64,000 nucleotides of DNA from Marispirochaeta sp. Lineage in GTDB: Bacteria > Spirochaetota > Spirochaetia > JC444 > Marispirochaetaceae. The position numbers and the translations under genes were made by a program. Below the pieces are notes generated by a model, which had not been told where the DNA came from, did not search any database, and saw only the letters and a list, made by a program, of their open reading frames with translations. Every line of letters starts with the position of its first letter. Position 1 is the first letter of the stretch. The stretch is taken from positions 256,001 through 320,000 of the forward strand of contig CAXXFF010000001.1 in assembly GCA_963676835.2 (NCBI GenBank), written 5' to 3'. Positions 38,164 through 49,939 of the stretch are shown one piece after another.

Positions 38164-38808
38164 TTGAATAAACGGTTCTTCATGTTGTTCCTGCTTTTAC
38201 TGCTTTTTGTAACCTTACCTCTTATACCGGTCTTTTCTCAGGAAAAGCCACAGGAAGATCCACCGGAAGAACAGCCAATAGAGGAAACACCCTCTTTTTA
38301 TCAGCTGGGAGACCAGGTATTCTCGGTTCAGGCAGGACTTTTCATACCGCTCTACTATAGAAACCCCTATGATTTTTCCACAGCTCCGGCAAATCTGACG
38401 TTGGGAGGAACCGGAGGGCTTGAATATTCGAGCTTTATAAACAGCACAATGACCCTCGGCCTGGGGCTGAAAGGCATGTTTGCCTATACACCCACAGACA
38501 GACTCCTGTCCATGTTTCCCATTACCGCCAAGTTCACCTACTATCTTTCAAATTATTATCCCTTTGAGTTTCCACTGTATGTGAATGCCGGGCTCTGCAT
38601 ATCCCGTCTGGAATCGGAAACCTTCTATGGTCCCACCATAATTCCCGGTGCCGCTGCCATATGGAACATGAGTTCAGCCTGGGGGTTCGGTATAAATATG
38701 GAATACTGGTGGGTTCCCATGTGGTACGGGCCGTCCAACGATCTGGCCAACCAGAGCAGATTCGGCAACTTTATGGATATCAGCCTGTCAGCGACCTACC
38801 ACTTTTAA
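38164..38808 (+). CDS. Small outer-membrane beta-barrel (TP0733/OmpW-OprG-like)
   Basis: Signal peptide, about 8 amphipathic strands, terminal SLSATYHF; next to folD as recalled for TP0732-0733. Confidence 0.75.
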   Translation: MNKRFFMLFLLLLLFVTLPLIPVFSQEKPQEDPPEEQPIEETPSFYQLGDQVFSVQAGLFIPLYYRNPYDFSTAPANLTLGGTGGLEYSSFINSTMTLGLGLKGMFAYTPTDRLLSMFPITAKFTYYLSNYYPFEFPLYVNAGLCISRLESETFYGPTIIPGAAAIWNMSSAWGFGINMEYWWVPMWYGPSNDLANQSRFGNFMDISLSATYHF

Positions 38809-38826
38809 TTGAGGATGAATGTAGTT

Positions 38827-39912
38827 ATGAAACGATATATATTTCACGCACTTTTGCTTCTCCTGCTGCTGTTTTCTTCCTGCACAGAAAACGGAGCAGG
38901 AATATTCTACTCCATTGAAATTGAAGAACCGATTTCGAACGATTCCCTGTCGGATTATCTTTCCGCCACAGAAGTAGCGATTGTGGGAACCGATTACTAT
39001 CTACCGGCTAACAGGCTCTACCATTGGGACAGCGGAACAGCAGGAACTGACTTCTCGCGAATGACCCTGCCTGGCAATTGGTACGGGACCATTGATACTG
39101 CAGAAAATAATGACAATGCACTTCTTTACGCAGTACTGGAAAATAGCGACGGTGACGATAGTGGACTTTTTATATATGACGGAACGAGCTGGACCGGGGC
39201 AGTGACTGTTCCTGATGGACGTCCCGTTGCTGTTTGGTATGCTGACAGTGATATTTTCGTTTTGACCGTGGACAGCTCTGAAAGTAATAAGTACCGGCTT
39301 TACAACAGCTCTGACAACAACACAACCACTCCTGCCTCAATTACATTTTCCCAGGTTCAGGTAAGTGCAACAGATTATGAAACATACAACCCCGTTCGCG
39401 ATTTGGATGTTTACAGTGGAACAGTATTTTTTATAACAGCTAGTAACATGTACTCAGGAAATGACGCCACATTTTTTGCTGCAGTTACAACAAACATTAC
39501 AGCAGGTCTTACTTATCGCAACCTTTATTACTCTTCCACGTTTACAACACTTTATCTAACTGCAATAGATTCAGCAGTTAACGGAACAGGTTCAATCTGG
39601 GGTTGGGACGGTGGCTGGACTGGTCTTGATACAAGTATAGGCAGTGACCTTAATGATATGTGTGAAATAATAACCAATGGCAGTTCCACATATTTACTGG
39701 TAGGCAATCAAAGCGGATACCTTGAAAGCTCTAATGGATCTTCTTTTACAGGTGAAACCAGCAGCACCATCGATTCCAACTACGACAATACCGACCTTGA
39801 AGGTGCTGTGGTAAACGGATTCTTCGACGGCCCCGGCGATACCTTCTATGCCATGACATCCGGAACCGGACTGTGGGTAAACAACGGAACCGGCTCCTGG
39901 GACCTTAAATAA
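38827..39912 (+). CDS. Surface lipoprotein, beta-propeller-like (Tp0136-like N-terminus)
   Basis: Lipobox LFSS-C, then GIFYSIEIEEPI; S/T/G/W-rich blades (GLFIYDGTSW, SIWGWDGGW, GLWVNNG). Confidence 0.65.
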   Translation: MKRYIFHALLLLLLLFSSCTENGAGIFYSIEIEEPISNDSLSDYLSATEVAIVGTDYYLPANRLYHWDSGTAGTDFSRMTLPGNWYGTIDTAENNDNALLYAVLENSDGDDSGLFIYDGTSWTGAVTVPDGRPVAVWYADSDIFVLTVDSSESNKYRLYNSSDNNTTTPASITFSQVQVSATDYETYNPVRDLDVYSGTVFFITASNMYSGNDATFFAAVTTNITAGLTYRNLYYSSTFTTLYLTAIDSAVNGTGSIWGWDGGWTGLDTSIGSDLNDMCEIITNGSSTYLLVGNQSGYLESSNGSSFTGETSSTIDSNYDNTDLEGAVVNGFFDGPGDTFYAMTSGTGLWVNNGTGSWDLK

Positions 39913-39923
39913 TACGGAAATAT

Positions 39924-42900
39924 TTATTGAGCGTCGCCGGGGTAGAACTCGTCGGCGCCGATATCCGGAAATGGCCTGATCCCGTGCTCGGGGTTGGGCC
40001 TTTTTTGTCCATCCATATCTAAAGATGAAGGCCCGGTAACAACCCCGGCATCTATACAGGCGGAACTTTCTTTCAGCGCAAAGGGCCTGTCAGAGAAGGT
40101 CATCCCGGGAGATTCTTCAATATTTCCGTTTAACCATCCGCCAAAAGGGTCTGCATCGAGCATATCAAGATCCTCAGGACTTTTACACTCAGCATCTCCA
40201 TAAACAGCCGTCCTGCTCCAGTTTCCGAAGTTTGAACTGCGGATACTCCAGCTGGTGGAAGAATCACCGCTGAGGGCAGTTCCGTTTTCAGAGCCTGTGT
40301 TGCTCAGAATTGTATTGGTTACAAACAACTGAGTTCCGTTTTTAGAGAGAATACCCGCAGGGCTCCTTCTATCGGAGGCCACCAGTATCGTATTGTGATT
40401 AAGGGTAAGACGGCCGCCTTTTACATCCGCTATAACAGGCTCACCGGAAGCTGCAATTGATACAGTGGTATTCTGCATATCTACCGCTCCGTTTTCCTGC
40501 TGCAGCATAAAAACAAAGCCCGGATGATTTCCGCTTCGAACCTTGCTGTATTTAATATCGAGCTGAGAGTCTTTCAGCAGAAAACCGGTTGTTCCGCTTT
40601 GTCCCGAAAGGATAACCGTACTGTTCTCAATTGAAAGCCTGGCTCCGGCGGCTTCTACTGCCACAGAAGTTCGTGCGCCCGCTTCGTTCTCCATCTGACT
40701 GTTGCGGATGCTCAGTTCTCCCCGGGTAACAGAAAAAACCGTTGCCTTTCTTCGCCCGGATCCGGAATAAATATGGGAATCATTTACTGCTATGTATGCG
40801 TTTGCTGCTGTCACAGCAGTAGTGCGCTCCCCGGTGGAGGGCAGCAGGCTGCTGTGCTCCACCTGGAGGCTGCCTCCTTCCAGCTGTATCAGCGATACAT
40901 CGTTTCCGCCGGGACCGGAAATTTCACAATTTTCCAGGGTGAGGTTACCACGGTTTATCGCGAAAAAGCCATTTGAACCACCGGCTGTAAGCTTTGAATC
41001 AGAGATATGCGTACTGCCCCGTTCCTGCTTAAGGAGATACCTGAACGAAGAACCGGCGAGTGTATCCACATTGCTGATTATTAAATCGGAATTTAACCCT
41101 GTTATGGGTGATTCAATATTCCTGTCCGACCCGAAACGAATATCACGGATTTCCGCAGTCCCACGAAAGGAAAAAAGAGGCTTGTTTTCCGGAAAATACC
41201 GGCCGGTTTTTATCAGACTCACCCCTGAAGGCTCCCAGGTCGCTTTATCCAGACCACCAAGAAGGGAAATTTTTCCACCGGCTTCAACGGGCCGGTTTAT
41301 TTCATAACTTCCGGCGGAAATATAGATGGTGGTTTTTTTCTGAACCCCCGCAGTAATTAAAGCCTTTTCTATACTGCGGAAAGGACGTAAACGGGTACCT
41401 TCATACAGATCGTTACCGGAATCTGATACATAAACAATATCCTGGTCAAGGAGAACACTCCATGTATCTTTTCTGCTCTCGTTTCCGACCTTATCCACCG
41501 ACCAGGCGGTAACCTCCACTATTTCTCCTGCCTTGCCTCGGGTATCCAGGCTGAGGACACCCTCATAGCTGAACGGTCCGGACAGAACACCTTTTTCACG
41601 GAGTGTGTATTTAACCAGTTCCCCCCGGGAATCAAGCTCAATCAACTTGAACCGGGACTCTACATCCGTATTAATTACCTCTGTAAGTACCGGAGGAACC
41701 GGTGGTGACCGGTCTATGGTAAATGTAAGACTTTCTGTCTTTGCGGGCACACTGGAGTTACGGTCTGTAAATAGGCCAAATATCAGGTTAAACACCTTTT
41801 CTGTTCCAAAGGGAACATTAAAAATCAGTTTATTGTTGAACAGCGGCGACAGCCGTTTCAGTTCAGGATTGTTTCCATTATAGCCGGCCTCGTACCTGAC
41901 TACACTTCCTGAACTGTTCTCAGCAGGAGAAAGCGAAACTTCCCCGCCGTAGGTTTGACCATTCTGTATGCCCTTAAATAAATGACCGGCGGATATAGCA
42001 GCAGTGCTTCTTATATCCATACTGTGCATTGCAGACCGTATGCCGGACTTCTGCTCCAGATAATACTGAATCAGGCTTTCTCCCTGGTCATGTAGAGTCA
42101 CCGAAACAGGTGTTACATACTGAACAAAATCCCCTCTGCTGCCAAGGCGGAAAAACAGTTCCCCCCCGCTGTTCCAGGGCCAGGAGAGCAGCGCCCGCCC
42201 ATCGGATTCTGCATAAGTTACTACCGGTGCGTCCGGCTGAGGGATAGTCCGCCGGTCGAGGGTTATGGTGGTTATCCCTGTTTCAGCAGAAAAATTACCC
42301 GCAGCGTCTTTACTGCGGTACTCAAACTGATAAACCGTAGAAACCTTTTCATTTCCTTCTATACTCACAGGTCCGGTATATTGTTTAAAAGGAACAAGTG
42401 CATTGGAGGATAATTCCCTTTCGGAAATAAGCCGATATTCTGCACTCACCTCGTCGGGAGTTACAATCTCTATCCTTAACGGATTACTGGACACACCGCT
42501 TACCGGTACGCCGTCAATAAAAGGCAGAGCCGGGGGATTACGGTCGATACGGAACAGAAGAGGTTCTTCCAGGGCATTGCGGTTACCTGCCTTGTCAGTT
42601 ACGGCAATAGAAAGAGAATACTCAACATCTTCACCTGCAGATGGTTCAAAAATCAGGGGAGCAGTGTATACTTCACCCTCGATAACCGGATCTGCTGCAC
42701 TGTCAAATGTTTCCTCAGAATTATGATTTTTTCTCCCCAGACGGTAATACACGGTCTCGTCTTCACCAATTCCACCCAGGCTCAACTCTACCCTGCCTTT
42801 GCTGACACCGGCGCCTGGCAGCCCGATTATTTCGGGGAGATCCGGAAGCTTGCGGTCTACACTGAAGCGATAGGAGACTACTTTACCGATCCTGCCTCTT

Positions 42901-45024
42901 ACCGGAAATACCGGAAGAAGTTTGAGATGATAATAGACCTCTTCTCCTTCAGGGGTCTCTATGATACAGGTGTTCAGAAGAGGAGAATCAACAGTCGGAT
43001 CCTCAGGGATCTGCTCGTTCATACCAAGGGTATAACGAATTTCAAAGTCATGGTCCTGAATCGTATATGAAGGCTTAACAGTTGAAACATTATAAACCCG
43101 CCGGTCTTCTATTCCGCGGATAAGCGGGACAACCGGCAGACGTTCATCCAGAAAAATATCCTGCTGAACAATCGCACTGCGGTTTCCGGCTTCGTCTTCG
43201 CTGTAAGCGGAAACTCGATAGCTTGAAAGCAAACCGTCTCTGGGCGAAACAGAAATCGGCAGGGTGTATTCAGCAAAACCGGAATCGCTGCTTTTTGCAT
43301 CGTCCCTGGATGAAAGGGAATAATAGATTCTTCCTTCACCTTCGATAACTGCATTGTTATCGACAAAGCTTATTGAAGGCTCAGACGGAGGGGTTCTGTC
43401 CAGAAAAAAAGAGGTCTCAACCCAGGTGGATATATTTCCCGCCCGGTCTTTACTGGCAAACCGGATTTTTCCATCACAGCTCATACCCCAGGGAACCTGC
43501 AGAGCTTCGCCCTGCCATTCCGGAGAGAGAATGCCTGGCTCGGAGGGGAATGCAGGCAGAAATGCAATCTCGTAAACTGCTGCAGTATCTTCCGGAAGGT
43601 TTAGTTCAAACTCTATATTGTGATCACTTGGTATGGCGGTAACTTCAGGTACTGCGGGCTTTTCAAAATCATATGGAATAAGCCTGACTGCAGTATCACT
43701 TCTCCGCCCGTTTTTACTGTATGCGGCAGCTTTGACAGAAAGCACACCGGTGCCGGAACGTATTTCGGGAGAAAACGGCTTTTCATAGAGTTTAGAGTTG
43801 AGGTCCGGCTCTGTTCCATCCAGGGTATAGCGTACCTGCGCATAATCGGATGCAGTAATTGTAAGTTCGGGACTTCTGCTGTATGGCGCAGAACCTTCCA
43901 CAGCAATAAGCGGTTCTGCGGGATTCCTGGCGTCTATAGCATAAAAGTATCTGTACTGACCTGCACTAAGCTTCTCCTGCTCCAGGAGACGGCATCTGAG
44001 ACTGTAAAATATTATCCCCCCCTGCACAGGATAGAGAGTCACCTGGGCATCGGAATCAAGATCACTGATTACCGGCATCCGTTCATCAAAGGTATAACGC
44101 AGACTTTCCCCGGTCAGACTGAAAGAGAGATGTCCGTCAAACACTCCTGAGGCAACAACAGCAGGAATATCCCTGCCGCCTGAGACAGTATAGCGAACAG
44201 ACTGTATTGAACTTTCAATTCCGCTGCTGCTGCGGGACGCCACCTGCAGGTGAATGCTGCCCCGCTCTTTAATCAATATACCTTCGGTATATTCACGGCC
44301 TTCAGGTCCAAGAGGGTTTCCTCCATCGAGAGTATAAAATATCCGGTCATCTCCGGTTCTGTTTATGTAGAGAAACTGAGGATTAATGAAATCACCGCTG
44401 ACAGGACTTTCCACACTGAAACTCTGATGAGTAACAGCAGCCTCTGTATTTACTGAATACTCCCAGCTTGACATTGAACTGACATTCCCCGCAGCATCTT
44501 TGCGGTATGCAAGCACATGATAGGGCCGCGGAGAAGGTTCAAGAAAAATTGGAGCCCCCGTCCCATTTTTGAGGTGAGCCCGTAATATCACCATTGAGGG
44601 AGTAAAAAAGGAGGTCCGGACGTTCGTCAAAACGGAGTTCCATTCTGCCCGCATAGTGTCCAGGTCGCATATCTGTTTCCGGTTTTGCCGGAGCCTTTTT
44701 ATCAATTACCCATCGTCCACCGGCCGCCGGTTCCAGCCCACGGGGCCCGGAAACAAAGAATTGAATTGAATAGCTTCTTTCTTCACCTTTAAGGGCTGTC
44801 AACTTGAGAGGAAACTGATAAGCCACGGCCGCGGCCTGTGTACTTTCCTGAATTTTGTAGTATATATCCCGGCTGCCCTCATATACAGTTAGAACCACAT
44901 CGCCGGAGTATATTCCCGGAGAATCAGAAAGCCTGAGGTCCGTACTGCCCGCAGTCTGACTGAACAGTTGCGCAGAAAATATCAGAAAAATAATAACTGC
45001 CAGACAAACCGGTACTTTTTTCAT
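39924..45024 (-). pseudogene. Giant exported protein (~1699 aa): tandem Ig/FN3-associated repeats, DUF1565-like motif, beta-helix; frameshifted at a G5 run
   Basis: Signal peptide MKKVPVCLAVIIFLIFS in ORF 44539-45024. Removing one G at 44555-44559 gives QKWDGAPIFLEP and fuses it to the 1593 aa ORF. Repeats YTLDG.P, D.AGN.S, D..PP..P; VYVSDSGND..GTRLRPFRSI; ACIDAG..DMDG..RP..PDIGADE. Confidence 0.8.
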
Positions 45025-45638
45025 AAAAGAGCTGTCTCCAGAGCCTCTTTAAGCTCATCATCTTCGCCGTAATAGTATTTTTCAAGTTCTGAAGCTGTCA
45101 GACCTATCAGTTCGTGACTTGCGTAATGAATCCAGTAGTCATCTTCGGGTTTATGGATTTCGTGTCTTCTACAAAAATAATCTGGCGTAAGGGGAAGCCG
45201 TTCCTCTTCCGTATGGAAGGTGAAATCCTTGTAATCATGGACCGCAATTTTAACATCCGAGCGGGGGATCCCTTTCTGCATGATGATTTCAGCAAGATGA
45301 TTTATGGTTCTGCCGGTATCATAGATATCATCAACAAGCAGTATTCTATCTCCATGACGAAGATATGCCGGATCATAGGTCCAGCCGTCAACCATTACCT
45401 TTGACTGTTCACGGATATCCGTGTACGACCTCGCCACTACTGCAGCGTAAAAAACGGGACGGTCTTTTCTCCTGACAGCCTTGAAATACTCACTGATTAT
45501 GTTGCCCAGGTAAGCGCCGCCCCGGAGAGATACATAGATAACATCCGGAACAAAACCTTCCTTATATATCTTATGGGCAAGTTTTATGGCATTATTGCGC
45601 ATTTCGTTGTATGGAAGAAACTCTTTATTCATTACCAA
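45021..45638 (-). CDS. Type I phosphoribosyltransferase (purine salvage-like)
   Basis: VSLRGG; PRPP loop ILLVDDIYDTGRTI. Confidence 0.88.
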   Translation of the reverse strand: MVMNKEFLPYNEMRNNAIKLAHKIYKEGFVPDVIYVSLRGGAYLGNIISEYFKAVRRKDRPVFYAAVVARSYTDIREQSKVMVDGWTYDPAYLRHGDRILLVDDIYDTGRTINHLAEIIMQKGIPRSDVKIAVHDYKDFTFHTEEERLPLTPDYFCRRHEIHKPEDDYWIHYASHELIGLTASELEKYYYGEDDELKEALETALL

Positions 45639-45642
45639 CCGC

Positions 45643-47049
45643 CTATTCGCTGAGTGTTGTTCCGGGAAAATCTATGGAAACCTGCTCTCCTTCCCTGTTG
45701 ATGGACAGAGTAAAGCCCTGAGACTCCCCGCTTCCCAGTACCCGATAAAAATCAGAAAGGGAGACGATGTCCATATCGCCTGATCCGACAATGATATCTC
45801 CCGCACGAATACCGGCAGTTTCCGCAGGAGATCCCTTATCGACAGACAGCACATAGACACCCTTTTCCGGGCTGGTCTCAATTTCTTTCTTTATCTCCCC
45901 GGTTAAAGGATATAGCCTCAATCCCGGCCAGAAACGGGTAACCTGGGAGCGGATGGTCTCATCGTCGGCCCTTTCGCTTACTGTAATGTTCAGTTCAAGG
46001 CGCTCACCCTTTCGAAGGATTACAAAAGGCGTTGAACTTCCTATGGGAAGATCGCTGACAGACTGAATAAGGTTGTCGGAATTTTCTATAAGCCTTCGGC
46101 CGATCTTGAGAATTATATCTCCCGGGCGGATACCTCCGAGATACGCAGGACTGCCGAGATATACATTAGTTACCACCGCACCGGATACCAGCTCCTCACC
46201 CAGACTTGCAACAAGATCCGGGAGCGGATCATTTATACTGACACCAAGCCAGCCATAGGCAAGACGCCCGGTATCGATAAGCTGGTTAATCACACCTTTA
46301 GCACTGTTTATGGGGATCGCAAATCCAAGTCCGATGCTGCCCCCGGTTGGCGTGGTTATCCATGTATTTATGCCAATAAGCCTTCCCCGCAGATCCACCA
46401 GTGCTCCCCCGGAATTACCCTGGTTAATGGAGGCATCGGTCTGTATGAAATCGGCAATGTCTGTAGGCCCGGAACGGTGCAGCCCCGAGATGAGACCGGA
46501 TGTTACAGTCCCGTTATAACCGAAAGGATTTCCCACAGCGACAACCAGATCACCTATACGAAGATCATCGGAATCACCAAGACTGACCACAGGGAGATCC
46601 TCTCCGGGAGCGGTGAAAGAAACTACCGAGAGATCCCGCCTCGGATCTTTACCGATTACCGCAGCCTCATAGGTACGTCCGTTATGCAGGGTAATACTAA
46701 TTTCATCAGCCTCTCCTACAACATGATTATTGGTTACCACGTAATAGGATTCGTCTATCCTGCGGACGATAACCCCGGATCCAAGCCCCTCGGTGCGGAA
46801 CTCATGTTGCTCCATTTGGCTCTCCCCGCCGGGATCGGGAAAGAAAAAATCCCATCCATCGGAATTCGGTACCTCCTGGGAAAGGATATCTACGGTATTA
46901 ACCTGAACTACCACCTTGAGAGTATCTTCCGCAACATCACGGTAGGTAGACTGCAGAGTAAGCAGTGTAATTCCGGCACATCCGGAAAAAAGTACTGCCG
47001 CCGCAATCAGAAGAAAAATAAGTTTTTTGTAAAACAAAGATCCACCCAT
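45643..47049 (-). CDS. degP: HtrA/DegP (Do family) serine protease with 2 PDZ domains
   Basis: GLGSGVI, TNNHVV, DLSV, QTDASINQGNSGGAL, GFAIP; start chosen after SD AGGAG. Confidence 0.93.
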   Translation of the reverse strand: MGGSLFYKKLIFLLIAAAVLFSGCAGITLLTLQSTYRDVAEDTLKVVVQVNTVDILSQEVPNSDGWDFFFPDPGGESQMEQHEFRTEGLGSGVIVRRIDESYYVVTNNHVVGEADEISITLHNGRTYEAAVIGKDPRRDLSVVSFTAPGEDLPVVSLGDSDDLRIGDLVVAVGNPFGYNGTVTSGLISGLHRSGPTDIADFIQTDASINQGNSGGALVDLRGRLIGINTWITTPTGGSIGLGFAIPINSAKGVINQLIDTGRLAYGWLGVSINDPLPDLVASLGEELVSGAVVTNVYLGSPAYLGGIRPGDIILKIGRRLIENSDNLIQSVSDLPIGSSTPFVILRKGERLELNITVSERADDETIRSQVTRFWPGLRLYPLTGEIKKEIETSPEKGVYVLSVDKGSPAETAGIRAGDIIVGSGDMDIVSLSDFYRVLGSGESQGFTLSINREGEQVSIDFPGTTLSE

Positions 47050-47111
47050 ACTAAGAAACTCCTGTGGGAAGAGAGGTACTTGTTTCATTGTCGATCGTTA
47101 GCCCCATAATC

Positions 47112-47864
47112 TCAAGTCCCGGAAAGGGTCAGAATCTCTGTATGATCCTCAAGGACAAGTACTGTATGTTCAAAATGGGCAGAGGGCTTCATATCCTGGG
47201 TGATCACGGTCCATTCATCATCAAGAATATCTATTTCATGGGTGCCGATATTTATCATCGGCTCAATTGCCAGCACCATGCCCGGCTTGAGCCGGGGATT
47301 GGGACCCCTGCCGACATAATTGGGAATCTGCGGCTCTTCATGCAGCTCAATACCGGTCCCATGACCGCAGAAGTCACGGACAACCCCAAAGCCTGCTGCA
47401 TCGGCATGATCAAAAACTGCCCGGGAAATATCCTTAACCCGGTTTCCATTTACAGCCTGTGCAATAGCCAGATCAAGGCATTCACGGGTAACTTTTATCA
47501 GATTTTTCTTGTCGCTGCTTATTTTGCCAACCGGCCATGTCATTGCGCGGTCGCTGAAAAAACCATCAAGGATTATCCCCATATCAATGCTGAGAATGTC
47601 ACCTTCCTTCAGTTTCAGATCCCCCGGAATACCATGGATAACCACTTCATTAACTGAGGCGCAAATACTGGCGGGATATCCCATATACCCGAGAAATGCA
47701 GGTTCTCCGCCGGCTTTGCGTATGGCAGTTTCCGCTATCCGATCCAGCTCTGCTGTAGACACCCCGGGGTTTACATGCTGTTCTATCTCGTCAAAAACAT
47801 CAGCAAGAAGATGACACGACTTCCTTATGCCTTCAAGCTGTCTCTGATTCTTTATTCTTATCAT
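47112..47864 (-). CDS. map: Methionine aminopeptidase type I
   Basis: SVNEVVIHGIP, IDMG, FSD, GHGTG, HEEP, IEPM, AHFEHT; real start MIRIKN at 47864. Confidence 0.97.
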   Translation of the reverse strand: MIRIKNQRQLEGIRKSCHLLADVFDEIEQHVNPGVSTAELDRIAETAIRKAGGEPAFLGYMGYPASICASVNEVVIHGIPGDLKLKEGDILSIDMGIILDGFFSDRAMTWPVGKISSDKKNLIKVTRECLDLAIAQAVNGNRVKDISRAVFDHADAAGFGVVRDFCGHGTGIELHEEPQIPNYVGRGPNPRLKPGMVLAIEPMINIGTHEIDILDDEWTVITQDMKPSAHFEHTVLVLEDHTEILTLSGT

Positions 47865-47889
47865 ACAAATCCTTCTTTCTAACGGTAAA

Positions 47890-49524
47890 CTATGGAGTAA
47901 TTGATCTTCTAAGCAGTGCAGCCTTAAGATTACCGGAGTCCAGATCCAGGGCATAATCAAGGCTGCGTTTTCCGTTTTCAATATCACCTATTCCGATTTG
48001 TGCTTCTCCAAGAGCAAGCCACACCATACTTTTTATCTTCGGGGAGACCTTCCCCTTGTTATTTAAATAGATATCGACCTGGTGAAAAGCATCAACAGCA
48101 TGCTCATACTCACCCAGATATATATCGATAAGACCTTTATTATACAAATATTCCCAGGCTCCGGGGTTTTTAAGAAAAGCCTGCTGAAACATCCCGGAAG
48201 CTTCCCGGTAACGTCCTGCGGAAGTAAAAAACAGTCCTTTAACCGCCTGCAAATCCGGCCCCTGGCGTTTTTCCTGACGTGCAGTCAGGAGTTCAAGTCC
48301 TTTTACATCATGCAATCCATACAGTTTCCAGGCGAGCATCAGCGCCAGGGTCTCTCCATATTCTTCATTATGGTAGGCATCCCAGAGAACAGCCTCACTG
48401 CCCTTGCTGCCTGCGCCGTCGGCCATTTCCCTGAGACGCACCGCAGCACGAATATAATCGGGCTGTAAAAGATTCAGACGGGTATAGATTTCTCTGGATT
48501 CCGAATATCTGCCTGATTTGAAATAGCCTTCGCCAAGCTGTTCCATTAAGGCGGTAGAGTCAGGGAAGCATTCAAGTCCCCTCTCCAGGATATCCACTCT
48601 CATTCCTTCATCGAGAAGATAGCTGTTCAGATATGGAATAACCGAAAATTCTGAATCCGCCGAGATTATTTTATTGTATTTCTCTATGGATTCCCGGTAA
48701 TGACCCTGCTCAAAAAGAAACTGAGCCTGGTACAGCAGATATAATGGCCTGAGCTCTGAACTGTCTGCAGCAAGTCGCTGAATAAGGAAAATACCAAAGG
48801 ATGAGTCACCGGCATCGTAGGCAAGCTGAAGAGCAAGTTCGGGATAAATGTTCAACGGTGCATTCTTTATAATTTCCACCCCGCGCTGGATTTCTCCCTG
48901 TTCTGCACAGAGAATGGCAGCGTCAGCCTTAAACTCGGGGATATTCCAGCTGGTGCCCAGCCGGGATAAGGTATCTGCAGACGGTTTTTGTACTGCCTCA
49001 AGCAGGCCTCCCCAGGCATACCCGGTTTCGGCGGCAGCTTCTACAAACTCGTTTCCAGGAGCAGTCCCCATTTCAAGTAATGCCTGGGCATGAATAGACA
49101 AAAAACGCGGGGTGCTTATATAGTCGGCCGCCATTTCCGCTGCCTTCCGGGCCTGACCGTTATTGAGCAGTTCCACCGCATAGACCGCCCAGAACTCCTC
49201 CCGACGGGGAAATATTTCTGCGGCTGCACGGCTGTATTCCAGGAGAAGACTGTACGAGTCGTCCTGTCTGTCGATAGTTCTGCACCGCCGCAGCAGTTGA
49301 AGGTACTGGTAACTGGCGAGCCGGGTATTATCAATTCCGCGGATAGAATCTGCGGCTTCAATTACCCGCCCCTGGTTGATCAGGGTATCCACAGCAAGTA
49401 TTTTGTCTCGAAAAGTGTTATCTGAAGATTTTTTATCCAGCCGTTGAAAAACAGCGATTCCCAGAATAATAATGAAGGGAATGAGAATTAAAGTACGAAG
49501 GATCTTCCCGTCATCTCTTTTCAT
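47890..49524 (-). CDS. Membrane-anchored TPR protein
   Basis: N-terminal TM helix; TPR-like repeats. Confidence 0.8.
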   Translation of the reverse strand: MKRDDGKILRTLILIPFIIILGIAVFQRLDKKSSDNTFRDKILAVDTLINQGRVIEAADSIRGIDNTRLASYQYLQLLRRCRTIDRQDDSYSLLLEYSRAAAEIFPRREEFWAVYAVELLNNGQARKAAEMAADYISTPRFLSIHAQALLEMGTAPGNEFVEAAAETGYAWGGLLEAVQKPSADTLSRLGTSWNIPEFKADAAILCAEQGEIQRGVEIIKNAPLNIYPELALQLAYDAGDSSFGIFLIQRLAADSSELRPLYLLYQAQFLFEQGHYRESIEKYNKIISADSEFSVIPYLNSYLLDEGMRVDILERGLECFPDSTALMEQLGEGYFKSGRYSESREIYTRLNLLQPDYIRAAVRLREMADGAGSKGSEAVLWDAYHNEEYGETLALMLAWKLYGLHDVKGLELLTARQEKRQGPDLQAVKGLFFTSAGRYREASGMFQQAFLKNPGAWEYLYNKGLIDIYLGEYEHAVDAFHQVDIYLNNKGKVSPKIKSMVWLALGEAQIGIGDIENGKRSLDYALDLDSGNLKAALLRRSITP

Positions 49525-49936
49525 GCCATGATTTTATTATTCCGTCCAGAACACCATTGATAAAGCGGTAGGACTCATCGCTACCGTATATTTTCGCAAT
49601 GTCTATTGCTTCATCGATGGTTACCGTATGGGGAATATCCTTCTGATACTTCAGGGAATATACGCTCATCCGCAGAATAGCAAGGTCAACTTTGCCCACC
49701 CGCTTCAGATCCCAGTGTTCAAGATGATCTTCAATAATTTTATCCACGGCTTCAATATTTTCGATTGTGCCGTTAAGAATATATCTGGCAAAAACCAGTA
49801 CATCTTCATCGTACCGGCTGCGCATATCATCGTCGAGCCAGAGAAAGCTGTTTAAATCTTCTGAACTGTCACGGTTGCTGTCCCAGCTGAACAGTGCCTG
49901 AAATGCCAATACGCGCGCTTTTCTACGGGATCCCAT
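49511..49936 (-). CDS. nusB: Transcription antitermination factor NusB
   Basis: RRKARVLAFQALF, DLAILR, IDEAIDIAK, FINGVLD. Confidence 0.96.
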   Translation of the reverse strand: MGSRRKARVLAFQALFSWDSNRDSSEDLNSFLWLDDDMRSRYDEDVLVFARYILNGTIENIEAVDKIIEDHLEHWDLKRVGKVDLAILRMSVYSLKYQKDIPHTVTIDEAIDIAKIYGSDESYRFINGVLDGIIKSWHEKR

Positions 49937-49939
49937 ATT

